A DNA stretch of 64,000 bases from Obrimoposthia wandeli (lineage: Eukaryota). Positions 63,301 through 64,000 of the stretch are shown here, in pieces. Where the stretch lies: positions 248,001 through 312,000 of the forward strand of contig CDROCS010002834.1 in the NCBI GenBank assembly GCA_977020255.1. Reading direction: 5' to 3'. Position numbers and translations under genes: made by a program. The stretch's first letter is position 1; each line of letters opens with the position of its first letter. The notes under the pieces are model-generated. The model did not search any database. It saw only the letters and a list, made by a program, of their open reading frames with translations, and was not told the origin of the DNA.

Positions 63301-64000
63301 ATGAAACGATGCAATCAATTATGGATAGCATTTGGCGGATGTATTTTTACCTATGTAGCATGGGCTCAACTGAGCGTTGATAGCTTATTGCTTTGCGCAA
63401 TCATTCTTTTCCCATTTATCATCAACCACTCATTTACTGTATGCATCCTCTTTATTCTCTTTTCTTATTTTCGCCTACATGAAGCTTTCCCTATTTTAAT
63501 GCCATTTCACATCCCCCTTCTACTCGCAACGTTTAGCATTGCAGGATTATGCATCCATCTATGGCTAAAACGTGACGAGATTCATTGGCACTCGTTGCAG
63601 ACATTTTTTTTACTGTTCAGTTTTTGGGTCTTTATCTCATGCTTGTTTGCTACAAATCGAGCCGAGGCATTCGCAACATTTAACAATAGCTTTATTAAAA
63701 TAATCATTATGGTTTTTGCTATTAGCTGGCTACCGACTAAACAACAACAATTAAAGCCGATACCTATTTTATTAATACTCTGCGGCGTCAGCCTCTCTAT
63801 TGTAGCTTTATATAATCGGATCAACGGTATTGGGTTAGTCGAAGGTACTCGCGTCACTATTGGTCGAGATATCGGATCAATTTTGGGTGATCCAAATGAT
63901 TTATCTCTTGCTCTTCTATTCCCTCTTTCTTTTGCATTAGCCAATGTTTTTCAAGGCAACAAAGCACAACGTACTATGACCACTTTATTTTTAATCATTA
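63301..64000 (+). CDS. O-antigen-ligase-family (SypL-like) membrane protein, 5' part; runs off the window and is absent from the ORF track
   Basis: Open frame from ATG 63301 to the window end: MKRCNQLWIA..FSYFRLHEAFPIL..GLVEGTRVTIGRDIGSILGDPNDLSLALLFPLSF; multiple TM segments. Confidence 0.75.
   Translation, partial: MKRCNQLWIAFGGCIFTYVAWAQLSVDSLLLCAIILFPFIINHSFTVCILFILFSYFRLHEAFPILMPFHIPLLLATFSIAGLCIHLWLKRDEIHWHSLQTFFLLFSFWVFISCLFATNRAEAFATFNNSFIKIIIMVFAISWLPTKQQQLKPIPILLILCGVSLSIVALYNRINGIGLVEGTRVTIGRDIGSILGDPNDLSLALLFPLSFALANVFQGNKAQRTMTTLFLII

Noticed and set aside
63582-63944. 120-aa minus-strand ORF
   Set aside because: It is the antisense shadow of the longer plus-strand O-antigen-ligase-family ORF, which has recognisable family motifs.

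Overview
This is a core chromosome-I segment of a Vibrionaceae bacterium, most consistent with Photobacterium (inferred from 16S signatures and gene order). From left to right it carries: the kdsD(partial)-kdsC-lptCAB-rpoN-hpf-ptsN-rapZ-npr operon; mgtE; pmbA/yjgA; the tldD-nitrilase-yhdP-rng-maf-mreDCB block; a complete MSHA type IVa pilus locus (csrD/mshH-mshIJKLMNEGF-BACDOPQ) ending in a ~1520-aa lectin-module MshQ; a LysR gene; ssb/uvrA with a LexA box; a PglL-like O-oligosaccharyltransferase; a class V aminotransferase; a lysine riboswitch plus lysC; metH with Met boxes; a CPA1 Na+/H+ antiporter; a full rRNA operon on the minus strand (16S-tRNAGlu-tRNALys-tRNAVal-23S-5S-tRNAAsp); and the 5' part of a SypL-like O-antigen-ligase-family gene missed by the ORF track. 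The most unusual stretch is 56100-56910, just downstream of the rRNA operon. It holds an eroded IS1595-family transposase remnant and two decayed tandem copies of the tRNA-Asp+terminator unit. These copies are interrupted by ~15-nt inserts resembling a CTCT-AC(C)TTAA-AGAG hairpin, and the same hairpin appears as an extra 14 nt inside the 23S rRNA, with related hairpins in the ITS. Other leads are a near-consensus Fur box between csrD and the LysR gene, a cluster of non-canonical 16S positions, and a double hairpin between mshA and mshC. No CRISPR array, integron or prophage is supported. All family assignments rest on recalled motifs and synteny; no database searches were run.
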